A stretch of 64,000 nucleotides of DNA, taken from the IMG/VR virus record IMGVR_UViG_3300007770_000001. One strand, 5' to 3'. The notes under the pieces are model-generated. The model was not told the DNA's origin. It saw only the letters and a program-made list of their open reading frames with translations, and did no database searches. This document shows positions 28,835 through 38,778 of this stretch, piece after piece (the stretch's first letter is position 1; the number at the start of each line of letters is the position of its first letter). The stretch is from a virus. Its lineage: Duplodnaviria; Caudoviricetes. The translations under genes and the position numbers were made by a program.

Positions 28835-31800
28835 ATGTCTACGAATCCACAGGTCTACGGTCCCGACGGAGTCCTCCGCACGGAGGCTTCCTACTCCACG
28901 ACTCTGGAGAGCAAGTTCGTCCAGGGAACGATCCCCTTGGATACCGTTGACGTCCAGGTATCCATCAATGGAGCGGGTTGGTCTTCGGACACGAATCTGA
29001 TTGAGTGGGGCGATGGAGACTGGACCGTCCCCAATCCCGCGAGCGAGCCGAACGGACTTCTCCTTCTCCCGGGCGCCAACATCATCCAGGTGAGGGCAAT
29101 CCGGAGCACTGGATCCACCACCCTCTCTGCAAAGGCTACCATCTCCCTGGTGTCTGACTCTGACCTGGGAAGCACAGCCTCTGCTCCGACGAACATCAAG
29201 GTGGCTCAGGAGAACAACTCGGTTACGATCCAGTCCGAGTCCTCCGAGGACGAGGGATTCCGGGGCATGTTGTTCTACGCGTCCCAGTATCCAGGGGGCG
29301 GTGCCGACGGATACACCCGGATCAACGTAGACATGGTGTCCGAGGGCTCTCTTCGAGAGGAAACCACTGACTGGGCCACCCTGGAGGCCACCCCGGACGT
29401 CCTGGTCGACAGCGAAGGCGATCCCGTAGCGGACCCCATGATCTATCGGGTCGCCACCCAGCAAGAGGACGAAGACGAGACCGTCCTGCAGGTAGACATC
29501 AACGAGACCTTCGAGGTTCCCGAGTCGGCTCGAGACCTGCAGGTCTTTCTGGTCTTGAAGACGATCCGTGAGATCACTGTCTACGAGTTCGCCCATAGCC
29601 GAAGTGCGGGCCCGAGCTCTACTCCCTCGACGGTTCGGGTGGGGTCCTTCGCTACACTGCCCTCGAACACTCCCTTGTTCTACGTGGTCACGGCTGTCTA
29701 CTACGACTCCGCCCAGAACTTGGAATACGAATCGGCCCACTCTGCGGAGGTCTCTGGACACCCCAGCACAGTCACCACAGCATTGGCTTCGATCCCAACG
29801 GTGTCTCGCCAGGCCATCGTGCAGGAATACGTCAAGACGGTGTTCCGCTCCAACCCTCAGATCAAGTTGGAGTCTGGTTCGTTCACCCGAGACACCGGGA
29901 TGGACCCGTTCTCCTACGAGACGGAACGGGTCCGGTTTCTGGTAGACTTCTTCAACCGCGCAAGGGTCCCTGAGCTCCTCCTACAGATCGACGACCCCAA
30001 CGGTACGGGAACATCAGTCCCCGTGTCCCAGTCCCCGTACAAGCTGGCTCTACAGGCCGCTCTGTACCTATCCTCCCCCGCAGATGTTCAGGCCATTATT
30101 GACGGGGCCTTCGAGGCGTATGCGAGCAACTATGGGGAGACCAGGCTGTCAGGAACGGCCTCCCAGGGACAGGCGACCTTCTTTACGACCAAGAAGCCTA
30201 CTCGCTCCATCCCGATTCCTTTGGGCTCGGTCATCTCAGGGGGCGGGGTGCAGTTCGCTACCACCCGCGCTTCCTCCATCGACTTCGAGAGGTTGGCGTC
30301 CTTCCACAACCCGACGACCGGTCGGTATCAGGTCACGGTTCCTATCAGGTGCCTCACCGTGGGGACCTCCGGGAATCTGGCTGCGGGCCAGATCAACACT
30401 GTTGTGTCCAGCCTGGGTGGGGGTCTGTCAGTCGTCAATGCTTCGGATCTCATCCCCGGGGAGGACGTCGAGTCGAACCTTGCCCTGACCGTGCGTGTTC
30501 GGAACTCTCTCGCCTCCGTGGACTCAGGGACAGAGAGAGGATACTTCAAGACAGCGGCGCGTGTCGCCGGTGTTCAGAAAGTAGATGTCATCTCTGCAGG
30601 GGAGGCTCTGATGCAGAGGGACCTCGAGGATGGGGTTCATAGAGGAGGCAAGGTAGACATCTGGGTCCAAGGTTCCAAGCTCGCGACCGTCACGGATACG
30701 TTCTCCTTCTCCTTCGAGATTGGCACAGACATACAGTTCGTTCTGGTCGGGGATCCCGCAGATTTGGTGTTTCAGGCCCTGGATCCCGACCTGAGCGAGG
30801 ACAACCCCATCGTAGAGATGTTGGACGACGCCAGCGCCGGCTACGAGTTCAAGAACGTTACCACGGGAGAGGCATTCGATCTGACCGGTGTGTCGGTCAC
30901 GGCCTTCGACCGCATCCAGCTGAGCACCGCTGTCTCCCAGCCCTCCGTCTCTCTGACTGATGTGGTCCTCGGTAGCTATCGCCGTCGTGTCGGAAACACG
31001 TTCGTTCTCCCGCGCCAGCCCGTATCGGAGATCACCAGCGTCGTAGGTTCTGTAAGCGGAACCCTTCCGGACACTGCGGTCCTCCTGGTGCATCCCGACG
31101 CTCCTCTGGAGACCGGTCGAAGTACTCTTGCGAAGGACTACCTACAGATCACCGCCTACACAGACGACGATGGGAATCAGGTCCCCTCAGGGGAGACCAT
31201 CTCGGAGACCGATGAGTCCCATGTCCTCGTAGGGCAGTACGCTGAGTTCCTCGACAACCTGGGCGCCAACTATCTGACGATCGTAGTCAAGGACAGCACT
31301 GGAACCATCACCTACAAGGGGCCAGACGACCCCAGCGGGGACCCCGACTACACCGTTACCCTGGGAACCCAGACTGTTCCGGTGTCCATCACTCGGACCG
31401 AGACTGGGGATATCCCCAGCGGTGCGACTGTTCTCGTCTCGTACGATCACGACGAGAACTTCACGGTCACATACAAGATCAACTTGGTCGTATCCCTGAC
31501 GCAAGACGCTATCGATGCCGACAAGCACTCGACGGCGGACGTCATCGTCAAAGACGCGATCCCAATCCCGATGGATATCGACGCCACCGTTGTTCTGGTG
31601 CGAGGCCGGGAGCAGAGCACGGTCGGCTCAGCGATCCGAACCAACCTAAAGAACTTCTTCGCGAACCTGCGGTTGGGAGACCCAGTACGTCAGTCGGACA
31701 TCATCAAGGTCATCGAGGACACCGAGGGGGTCTCCTACGTGGTGGTCCCTCTGACTCGGATGGTCCCTGCCTCCGGCGCGACGTTCATCCGAGAGGGAGT

Positions 31801-32296
31801 CTCCACCGACACGGCCTCGGAGAGCACCCTGGTCACCAGCCTCTCGACCAACCAGGCTTCTGTGTATCTGCTCAACAATGGCCTCCTGTACGACACCACT
31901 GATGGAGGAGGAGCGGACGGGTCCTTCAAGGCGGTGTTCCAGGACGATGTGGCTATGGAGCTCCTGGATGCTTCCACCAGCCTGTCTGGTCTGGGGGCAG
32001 TACCCAACCGAGCCTACATCCTGGGTTCGGAGGGGAGATCCATCCTGGGAATATCGGATGACGTCACTCTGGAGGCCGCCGGATATGTGACGGACTCCGC
32101 CAAGGAAGAGAGACGCAAGGAACTCACAGCGAACCACATCCTGGTGTCTCTGGCTGTGGGCTCCTCGCCTGTCTCCACCGCGTACTCCGCGACCTATGTG
32201 TCCACCACAGGAACCGGCGCCAAGAACGTGGATCCTGGAGCCGCTCAGTATGTATCTCAGGGCACGCTGGAGTTCACGTACGACGAGGAGAGGTAG
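28835..32296 (+). CDS. Large baseplate wedge protein (baseplate J/gp6-like)
   Basis: F-x-T...IP-x-GS-x-I...V-x-F-x-T, VPI-x-C-x-x-x-G-x-x-GNL, G-x-D-x-ES, SGT-x-x-GY, and the LG-x-PV-x-QSDII...EGV C-terminal pattern. Confidence 0.75.
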   Translation: MSTNPQVYGPDGVLRTEASYSTTLESKFVQGTIPLDTVDVQVSINGAGWSSDTNLIEWGDGDWTVPNPASEPNGLLLLPGANIIQVRAIRSTGSTTLSAKATISLVSDSDLGSTASAPTNIKVAQENNSVTIQSESSEDEGFRGMLFYASQYPGGGADGYTRINVDMVSEGSLREETTDWATLEATPDVLVDSEGDPVADPMIYRVATQQEDEDETVLQVDINETFEVPESARDLQVFLVLKTIREITVYEFAHSRSAGPSSTPSTVRVGSFATLPSNTPLFYVVTAVYYDSAQNLEYESAHSAEVSGHPSTVTTALASIPTVSRQAIVQEYVKTVFRSNPQIKLESGSFTRDTGMDPFSYETERVRFLVDFFNRARVPELLLQIDDPNGTGTSVPVSQSPYKLALQAALYLSSPADVQAIIDGAFEAYASNYGETRLSGTASQGQATFFTTKKPTRSIPIPLGSVISGGGVQFATTRASSIDFERLASFHNPTTGRYQVTVPIRCLTVGTSGNLAAGQINTVVSSLGGGLSVVNASDLIPGEDVESNLALTVRVRNSLASVDSGTERGYFKTAARVAGVQKVDVISAGEALMQRDLEDGVHRGGKVDIWVQGSKLATVTDTFSFSFEIGTDIQFVLVGDPADLVFQALDPDLSEDNPIVEMLDDASAGYEFKNVTTGEAFDLTGVSVTAFDRIQLSTAVSQPSVSLTDVVLGSYRRRVGNTFVLPRQPVSEITSVVGSVSGTLPDTAVLLVHPDAPLETGRSTLAKDYLQITAYTDDDGNQVPSGETISETDESHVLVGQYAEFLDNLGANYLTIVVKDSTGTITYKGPDDPSGDPDYTVTLGTQTVPVSITRTETGDIPSGATVLVSYDHDENFTVTYKINLVVSLTQDAIDADKHSTADVIVKDAIPIPMDIDATVVLVRGREQSTVGSAIRTNLKNFFANLRLGDPVRQSDIIKVIEDTEGVSYVVVPLTRMVPASGATFIREGVSTDTASESTLVTSLSTNQASVYLLNNGLLYDTTDGGGADGSFKAVFQDDVAMELLDASTSLSGLGAVPNRAYILGSEGRSILGISDDVTLEAAGYVTDSAKEERRKELTANHILVSLAVGSSPVSTAYSATYVSTTGTGAKNVDPGAAQYVSQGTLEFTYDEER

Positions 32297-32297
32297 G

Positions 32298-32549
32298 CTA
32301 CCTCTTCAGGAACGAGGCCGCTGTGCCCCAGCCCCCGGCGGAGAGCCGGCGCGGGCTCCTCTTGGTAACCCAACCCTTCTCCAGAGCGAAGCGCACGAAG
32401 ATGCTGGGAGTGTGCTCGTTCAGGCTCGGGTGTGGGCTCCCGTTCTCGACCTCGTAGGCTGCCCACTGCACCAGCAGGGTCCGCACGTATTCGTTGAGGA
32501 ACTTCCTCTGAGCCGCAGAGAGGTCAGACAGGGAACGTGTATCGGGCAT
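32298..32549 (-). CDS. Small hypothetical protein
   Basis: ATG 32549 within ORF 32298..32687; protein-like helical sequence. Confidence 0.55.
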   Translation of the reverse strand: MPDTRSLSDLSAAQRKFLNEYVRTLLVQWAAYEVENGSPHPSLNEHTPSIFVRFALEKGWVTKRSPRRLSAGGWGTAASFLKR

Positions 32550-32601
32550 CGGTGTCTTCCAAGTATAGTGGGGTCTTGAGTTACCGTATTCTGGAGAAAC
32601 C

Positions 32602-33375
32602 ATGAATCCCTTCTCAAGACGTGCATTCCTGAAGGTCCTCGGCCTGGGTGCTGTCGGGACTGCTACAGCCGCTCCCTTTATCTTCAAGTCCGAGGAGGTC
32701 GCGCCCGATCTTTCTCCTCAGAGTCCACTCGTGCTTCCCGGAGGAGAGCACTACGTGTTCTATGGGAACGCTCCTGTCCTGGAACCTGATGGGCTCGCCT
32801 ATTTCTTCTTCCAGACGGAGAGGGGCCTGTCCTACATTCACATGAAGAACTCGAGGACTGCGGGGTTTCGACAGCCGCTTCAGAAGGGTGCTCGGGAAGT
32901 CAAGCGGATGAGTCCTGATCGAGACCGGATCCGCGCAGGCTGGACTCCCGCAGGCCTCCCGGTCTGCTACCAGAAGGATGTCTCTCCAGTTCCGGATGAG
33001 GATCCCCACGTCACGTTCCTCATCGCGGCGATGGAGCTCCAGGACCAGATCAATGCTGACATGCAGTCTCTACACAAGACCCTGGGGAGGCGTGGTCTTG
33101 TTCCGATTACGCGGACGGATACCCCCATCATGGCGATGCCCAAGCCATCCCAGGGATACATCCTCCATACCGAGCTCACTCAGTTTGCTGCGGTCCCCTC
33201 TCAGGTGACGAACCTGGACAGGGCCGCCTCCTCCCAGGGAGAGATCCATATCGAGACCCCGGACAGCGTTCAGCTCAAGTACCTGGTGATGCTCTACGAG
33301 GATCTCGACAAGGCCGGCATGCTGGAGCACGTCAAGTTCCGGAGGGCGGGCCGCGTTCGCATCCCCTGGGCTTGA
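32602..33375 (+). CDS. Hypothetical protein with twin-arginine (Tat) signal peptide
   Basis: N-terminus MNPFSRRAFLKVLGLGAVGTATAA matches S-R-R-x-F-L-K plus a hydrophobic region; GGAG RBS. Confidence 0.7.
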   Translation: MNPFSRRAFLKVLGLGAVGTATAAPFIFKSEEVAPDLSPQSPLVLPGGEHYVFYGNAPVLEPDGLAYFFFQTERGLSYIHMKNSRTAGFRQPLQKGAREVKRMSPDRDRIRAGWTPAGLPVCYQKDVSPVPDEDPHVTFLIAAMELQDQINADMQSLHKTLGRRGLVPITRTDTPIMAMPKPSQGYILHTELTQFAAVPSQVTNLDRAASSQGEIHIETPDSVQLKYLVMLYEDLDKAGMLEHVKFRRAGRVRIPWA

Positions 33376-33411
33376 TAGCCTATCCTTCTCCTTTCTATCC
33401 CAGGAGCCCTC

Positions 33412-33717
33412 GTGGCACATCCTACTCCGACCGACCCGCCTGCCATCAACAACAAGCCGCGACCCGCTGTCTATGGGAAGATTCCACCTGAGATCCTGCG
33501 TCAAATCCAGCAGATGCAGGCGCAGTCTCAGAATGATCTTTCCCGTCTGGGGCAGCTGGAGCTCTCCAAGGCAGCCTTGGTCGCTCGGATCACTCACCGC
33601 AACGCCCAGATCCAATCCACCCTCCGGAAGCAGGCATCCCTCTTGGGCCTGCCTGAGAATGACTCCTTCGAAATGACTCCTGACGGAACCGTCATCGGGA
33701 ACGCTGTTGGCAACTGA
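33412..33717 (+). CDS. Small coiled-coil protein
   Basis: GTG with AGGAG RBS; Gln/Leu heptads. Confidence 0.6.
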   Translation: MAHPTPTDPPAINNKPRPAVYGKIPPEILRQIQQMQAQSQNDLSRLGQLELSKAALVARITHRNAQIQSTLRKQASLLGLPENDSFEMTPDGTVIGNAVGN

Positions 33718-35830
33718 GTGCTCAGATCTGACAGGGAAGTTCCCCTACCCTCCGAAGAACGGGACGGCGATGTCCGCTCTGACTCCGGGGAAGGTGGAGA
33801 TTGACATCCGATGGGATGATCCGTCAGATCTGAACACAGGACCGGAAGGGGTCCACATCGACGAGACCACAGTCGCCGCTGTGGATGTAGTGGTCAACGG
33901 CACTCCTACTGTCCTTTCGTCCGCGACAGGTTCCCTGACGGTAGTGTCCGCGCCCATCCCCGCCGGAGAAACGGTCAGCATAGATCAGCTGGTGCTCATT
34001 GCGTCCGCGGGTCCTCCTGCCAATGTAGATGAGTTCGACGGGAGTTCTCCCGATGCTGCAGTAGTGGCTGGGAACCTGACTGCTGCCATCAACAACGGCA
34101 GCATCGGGGATTGGGGGGTCTGCACGGCAGAGGCCTCTGGAACACATATCGCCCTCACCGCAGGGGCGAACACCGGAGAGGAGGGGAACGGAGTCCTCCT
34201 GGAATCCTCGACCGCGCAGGTCGTCCCCTCAGGATCCTCTCTCTCCGGAGGCACCTACCAGACTGTCTTGACCGTGGGGGAGTATGAGCTATCAGCGGTT
34301 GATGGGGACCGCACGCCCGGGGGATCTGATTTCGACATCAACGACGCGGGGGCCTCCATCGCAGAGGCCCTCAATGACCCCAAGAATCCGTTCTCGTTCG
34401 TGACTGCATCTTGGGGTGGGACCTGCGTCCGGATCCAAGCGGCTACCCGAGGCCTCTCCGGGAATGGGATTCCCGTTTCTTCCAACTCCGATACCCTCTT
34501 CCCTGCCTTCGAGAGCACCAAAGGGGGGACGGGAACTCCATGTCCGTTGGGAGAGGACAACTCCCAGTGGAACATCCTCGGGGTGAATGTCTACAGATCA
34601 AACACAGGGGAGAGAGGCCCGTACTTCCGAGTCAACAAGATCCCCTTGGGTTCTCAGTTCTTCCGTGACCGGACCGACATCGTAGAGGTCCCTGCGGAAG
34701 TGGTGTCCTGGACCTCTGGATGGGTGTTCAAGGGGGACTCTCCCAACAACAAGGGGTGGAGGATCCAGACCACCCGGCGTCCTGTCGTGAAGAAGGAAGG
34801 GAACGCGGTCCCTGCCAACTCTCCTCTCGACGTGGAAGTCTACGTCGATGGAGCTCGTGCTGTCGTTGCGGCGGTCTTCGGTCCTACTGGGGAGATCGAC
34901 CTCTCGACGGAGCAGGTCTGGAACCCGGGGACGGACTCCTGGGATATCCCGACCATCCCAACAGAGACCTCCCTGGTTCAGGTCCGCTACTACCACCAGA
35001 ACGGGCCTAAGATCCTCAACACCCTGGATCAAGGCCACAGGATCTTCTACCGCATCACGAGCGTCGCTACAGACCCTACAGGGACCTCCCCGACGGGTCT
35101 TGTTGAGACCCCTCTCGAGTATTCCCCTCCGATTTCTTCTACGGATTCGGAGAAGATCGATTGGATCTGGAAGGAAGCAGTTCGCCGGAACCGGTTCATC
35201 CTCCAACAGGGAGGAGAGATCGTCAAGTTGTTCATCCGACGTGGTTCGGGAAATCGGTGCCAGTGCGTATGGGACGCACAGCTGCAGGAGTTCCTCAAGC
35301 AGCCGATGAACAACTGCCTCATGTGCTACGGCACGGGTTGGATCGGAGGCTACGAGGGGCCCTACGACATCCTGGTAGGTCCTGACGAGTCGGAGCGCCG
35401 GGTATCCCAAACCCTGATGGGAAGACGCTTGGAGAACTCCTACGAGGTCTGGATAGGCCCCTCCCCTCGGGTATCCCAGAGGGACTTCCTGGTCAAGCAG
35501 AACGGCGAGAGATTCTCCATAGGGCCTGTGCGCCGAACAGGAATCCGGGGAGTTACTCTCCAGCAGGCGTTCACCATTGCCTACCTGGACTCAACGGATA
35601 TCCGGTACCAGGTCCCGATGTCCGCTTTGGAGAGGCTGCCCTGGCCCAAGACTCGGCAGGTCCGTCCTGAGGATTCTCCTTGTGAGGACGCCGCTCCGTA
35701 TCCGGTGGGGGCGGACTACCAGGCGACTCCGATGGCAACTGAGAAGAAGGGTATCCCGGATTCCAGGGAGCTCCGTGGTAGGACTCCTGTGTATCAGAAC
35801 ACCACCTATGGTGGAGAGGGGGGTTGGTGA
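33707..35830 (+). CDS. Virion structural protein (putative neck/head-closure with decorating domains)
   Basis: Gly/Ser/Thr-rich with AxNLxAAIN-like segments; C-terminal block with CxC...CxxCYGTG. Confidence 0.55.
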   Translation: MATECSDLTGKFPYPPKNGTAMSALTPGKVEIDIRWDDPSDLNTGPEGVHIDETTVAAVDVVVNGTPTVLSSATGSLTVVSAPIPAGETVSIDQLVLIASAGPPANVDEFDGSSPDAAVVAGNLTAAINNGSIGDWGVCTAEASGTHIALTAGANTGEEGNGVLLESSTAQVVPSGSSLSGGTYQTVLTVGEYELSAVDGDRTPGGSDFDINDAGASIAEALNDPKNPFSFVTASWGGTCVRIQAATRGLSGNGIPVSSNSDTLFPAFESTKGGTGTPCPLGEDNSQWNILGVNVYRSNTGERGPYFRVNKIPLGSQFFRDRTDIVEVPAEVVSWTSGWVFKGDSPNNKGWRIQTTRRPVVKKEGNAVPANSPLDVEVYVDGARAVVAAVFGPTGEIDLSTEQVWNPGTDSWDIPTIPTETSLVQVRYYHQNGPKILNTLDQGHRIFYRITSVATDPTGTSPTGLVETPLEYSPPISSTDSEKIDWIWKEAVRRNRFILQQGGEIVKLFIRRGSGNRCQCVWDAQLQEFLKQPMNNCLMCYGTGWIGGYEGPYDILVGPDESERRVSQTLMGRRLENSYEVWIGPSPRVSQRDFLVKQNGERFSIGPVRRTGIRGVTLQQAFTIAYLDSTDIRYQVPMSALERLPWPKTRQVRPEDSPCEDAAPYPVGADYQATPMATEKKGIPDSRELRGRTPVYQNTTYGGEGGW

Positions 35831-36090
35831 GCAATCTCAAGAGCATCCTGACAGCGGAGGGTATCTCCAAGGAATCAGCTTCCGCGCGGATGGACGTCCA
35901 AGTCCTGGAGCGAGGAACATGGGACAGCGGCACCGAATGGATCAAGGTGCGTGTTCGATCCGGAGGCAGGTCCACCTCGGGCACCCTGTACAAGAGGGGT
36001 TCGAGCTACTTCTGGGAGCACGAAGACGACGATGACATGGGGTATCGGGATGAGTTCTTCTCCCAGGTGGTTGGATCCGCTGTATTCTGA
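35827..36090 (+). CDS. Small protein, paralog of 36313..36591
   Basis: MSNLKSILTAEG...V-x-VLE-x-GT...TL-x-KRG...W-x-x-x-DDD-x-M. Confidence 0.7.
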   Translation: MSNLKSILTAEGISKESASARMDVQVLERGTWDSGTEWIKVRVRSGGRSTSGTLYKRGSSYFWEHEDDDDMGYRDEFFSQVVGSAVF

Positions 36091-36313
36091 GGCACAGTTC
36101 CGCAAGCGGGACCACCTCCGGGCATGGGCCAACCACGCAGCCCTCAACCTGGGAAGCGCCTTGGAGTGTTTCTGGCACGTGGTCCTCCCGCCCCAGGTGG
36201 ACCACAGGGCGAAAACGGTCATCAGTCTGGCGGGTTCCAACCCTATCCTTGAGTTCGGCTACGGGTTGGGTGTCCTGACCCGGCCCAAGCCCCCTTCCGA
36301 GAGTGGATTCTGA
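36050..36313 (+). CDS. Hypothetical protein (start uncertain)
   Basis: 3' part of ORF 35951..36313 fills the gap between the paralogs. Confidence 0.4.
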   Translation: MSSSPRWLDPLYSEAQFRKRDHLRAWANHAALNLGSALECFWHVVLPPQVDHRAKTVISLAGSNPILEFGYGLGVLTRPKPPSESGF

Positions 36314-36591
36314 TGGGACTCAAGAACATCTTGGCGGCGGAAGGAGTCACCCCTGGGAGGCAGGTCTCCTTCTCTGTAGAGGTCCTGGAAGAGGGCACCT
36401 ATCCTGCGGCCCCTCCCCACAAGAAGAGTGCCTCCTGGCGAAGGGTCCGCCTCTCCGGGCCTCGTAGATCCATTGAAGCCACCCTCACCAAGCGGGGCCG
36501 CACAGTGTGTTGGGATTGGGACGAGGACGACAATATGCCAGACCGAGATCAGTGGCTCGCCCGCCTGGTGTCCTCTGTTGCGTTCAAGTAG
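36313..36591 (+). CDS. Small protein, paralog of 35827..36090
   Basis: MGLKNILAAEG...VEVLEEGT...TLTKRG...WDWDEDDNM. Confidence 0.7.
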   Translation: MGLKNILAAEGVTPGRQVSFSVEVLEEGTYPAAPPHKKSASWRRVRLSGPRRSIEATLTKRGRTVCWDWDEDDNMPDRDQWLARLVSSVAFK

Positions 36592-36597
36592 GATGAG

Positions 36598-37179
36598 ATG
36601 CCCAAGGATAGACTTCGAGGTGTCTACGGAAAGCCTGTAGCTCGAGCCGCAGGTTTCTCCATCCCCCTGACCAAAGCTCAGTTGGAGTTCGTCGGAGAGA
36701 CGATGGTCACGGAGATCCGACGAGAGATCGCCCGTGACACCGCCAAGTCCATGGGAATCCGCGGGAGAGGCGAGCCGGTTCCTATCCCTCGGACACGGGA
36801 TTTCGCTCGCTCGTTCAAGTCCCGCGTCGTAGGGTCCTCGACCATCGAGATCTACTCGGACGGGCCAACCGCCCAACAGCACGTCTCGAAGGATGTCGAT
36901 CCGGACGCTCCCAAGAAGGATAGGACACGCCCCTTCCCGATGACGTGGCTCACGCGCCCTGCCGTCCCCTATGCTCGGATCGTCCGGCAAGACGGACAGG
37001 TCATCGTTCGGACGACACCCAACCCCAACAAGGGAGATAAGCCCTGGATCCACCCTGGGTTCCGCAAGTACACATTCTTGGAGAGAGGGATCAGGAAGGG
37101 TAAGAAGAAGGCAATCGAGGCCCTCATGGAGGAGCTCATCGGTACAGTGCTGAGCGAGCACGACCTGCTGGGGTCCTAA
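36598..37179 (+). CDS. Hypothetical, possibly neck/tail-completion protein
   Basis: 193 aa basic ORF in the structural block; ends WIHPG...FLERGI. Confidence 0.55.
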   Translation: MPKDRLRGVYGKPVARAAGFSIPLTKAQLEFVGETMVTEIRREIARDTAKSMGIRGRGEPVPIPRTRDFARSFKSRVVGSSTIEIYSDGPTAQQHVSKDVDPDAPKKDRTRPFPMTWLTRPAVPYARIVRQDGQVIVRTTPNPNKGDKPWIHPGFRKYTFLERGIRKGKKKAIEALMEELIGTVLSEHDLLGS

Positions 37180-37776
37180 GTGTACCTGGTCGAGACCAAC
37201 TTCCTGTTCCTTGAGGTCCCCGACCTTGGGATCGTTCTTCGGAAGGGAGTACCCTCCTGGGTTGAAGAGGACGACTACCAGCGGAGTTCCTGCCTCCAGG
37301 AACTGGTCCGGATAGGGAACGCCCGAGCCACTCCCAAGTCAAGGTCTCGGTCCCAGCGGCCAGCGAAGCCCTCCTTGCGGACCCGGAAGAGGACTCCCCC
37401 CAAGAAGGTTGCTCCGACCCCCAAGGCCCCTGAAGCTGTTCTGACGGTAGCACAGGCACAGGAGCTCGCGGAGAGGGCGGCGGAGAAAGCCGTACAGCGC
37501 GTCCTGGAGAGCTTCCCTACGCAACCCCCCACCGGGCTTCTGGAAGCCGTACAGGGGCTGCAGGAGGCCCTTGGAGCCGTCCCCGGAGCCGTGTCCGCAC
37601 CCACGGATTTCCTTTCTCCCCGAACAAGAGGTCCTGCTCCTGAGCCTATGTTCATCCCTTCGGGTATCGTTGGTCCATCCAAGGAGGCGGAGCTCGAGAT
37701 ACAGAGCTCTGAGTCGGGCGGAGGGGTCGAAGATGCCGCCCAAGCTCTCCGACGGATGAAAAACCGGAGGGAATGA
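37180..37776 (+). CDS. Hypothetical protein coupled to the actin-like gene
   Basis: 198 aa; basic low-complexity middle and helical C-terminus; stop overlaps the next start. Confidence 0.65.
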   Translation: MYLVETNFLFLEVPDLGIVLRKGVPSWVEEDDYQRSSCLQELVRIGNARATPKSRSRSQRPAKPSLRTRKRTPPKKVAPTPKAPEAVLTVAQAQELAERAAEKAVQRVLESFPTQPPTGLLEAVQGLQEALGAVPGAVSAPTDFLSPRTRGPAPEPMFIPSGIVGPSKEAELEIQSSESGGGVEDAAQALRRMKNRRE

Positions 37777-38774
37777 TGACAGCCAAGGGCAGGGGTCTCG
37801 ATATCGGGACCATGAACCTGGTGGCCGCAAAGAGTGCGGCCAAGGACAAGGTGGAGACCTCTCGCGTGAGGGATGCCTTCCTCAGCCTCGAGGCAGGAGC
37901 CAAGAGACGGCTTCGTCTCTCGGGCGTCAACTTCATCGATCGAGGGGAGGACGGGATCATCGTAGTCGGAGACGCCGCCCTGGAGATGGCCAACGTCTTC
38001 GGTCTGGATGTCCGCCGCCCCCTACAGGGCGGGTTGATCTCCGCGGGTGAGATGGACGCCCTGGAGATCCTGGGCGCCATGATCCAGAACCTCCTCGGGA
38101 AGCCAACCGTCAAGGATGAGGTCTGCTACTTCTCTATCCCTGCCTCCCCTGTCGATGTGGATCGGGATACCGTCTACCACAAGGGCGTCTTCGAGCGGAT
38201 CATCTCGGAATGCGGCTTCCGACCGATCGCTGCCAACGAGGCCATGGCCATCATCTTCTCGGAGACGGCCAAGGAGATGTTCTCCGGTCTGGCGTTCTCC
38301 TTTGGCTCCGGGATGTGCAACGTCGCTCTCTCCGTGAACGCTGTCAAGGGCCTCACGTTCTCCGTGGCGCGAGGCGGGGACTGGATCGACCAGGGAGCCG
38401 CCCGTGCCGTGGGGTCCACGAGCTCTCGGATGTGTGTCCTCAAAGAGGCTGGCATCGACCTCCTGAACCCCCAGGGACGGGAGCAAGAGGCTCTGGTGCT
38501 CTACTACAAGAGCCTCATCGAGTACGCCCTGGACGAGACGGCTCGAGAGTTCCAGAAGATCAAGGATCGGTTCGCTCTCCCGCGTCCCATCCCGCTCATC
38601 GTTTCTGGTGGCACCTCCAAGGCGGGCAACTTCTTGGAGTTCTTCACAAGGACCTTTGATTCTCGACGCCGTAGGTTCCCTATCACAATCTCGGAAGTGC
38701 GGCAGGCGTCTGAACCTCTGAATGCGGTGGCTCGGGGCCTTCTCATTCAGGCCCTGCAGGAATACGAGGACTGA
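37773..38774 (+). CDS. Actin-like ATPase (MreB/MamK/ParM superfamily)
   Basis: Phosphate-1 GLDIGTMN, VGD-x-A...RRP-x-x-x-G, connect-1 NEA-x-A, phosphate-2 SFGSGMCNV, adenosine VSGGTS, connect-2 PLNAVARG. Confidence 0.85.
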   Translation: MMTAKGRGLDIGTMNLVAAKSAAKDKVETSRVRDAFLSLEAGAKRRLRLSGVNFIDRGEDGIIVVGDAALEMANVFGLDVRRPLQGGLISAGEMDALEILGAMIQNLLGKPTVKDEVCYFSIPASPVDVDRDTVYHKGVFERIISECGFRPIAANEAMAIIFSETAKEMFSGLAFSFGSGMCNVALSVNAVKGLTFSVARGGDWIDQGAARAVGSTSSRMCVLKEAGIDLLNPQGREQEALVLYYKSLIEYALDETAREFQKIKDRFALPRPIPLIVSGGTSKAGNFLEFFTRTFDSRRRRFPITISEVRQASEPLNAVARGLLIQALQEYED

Positions 38775-38778
38775 GTTC

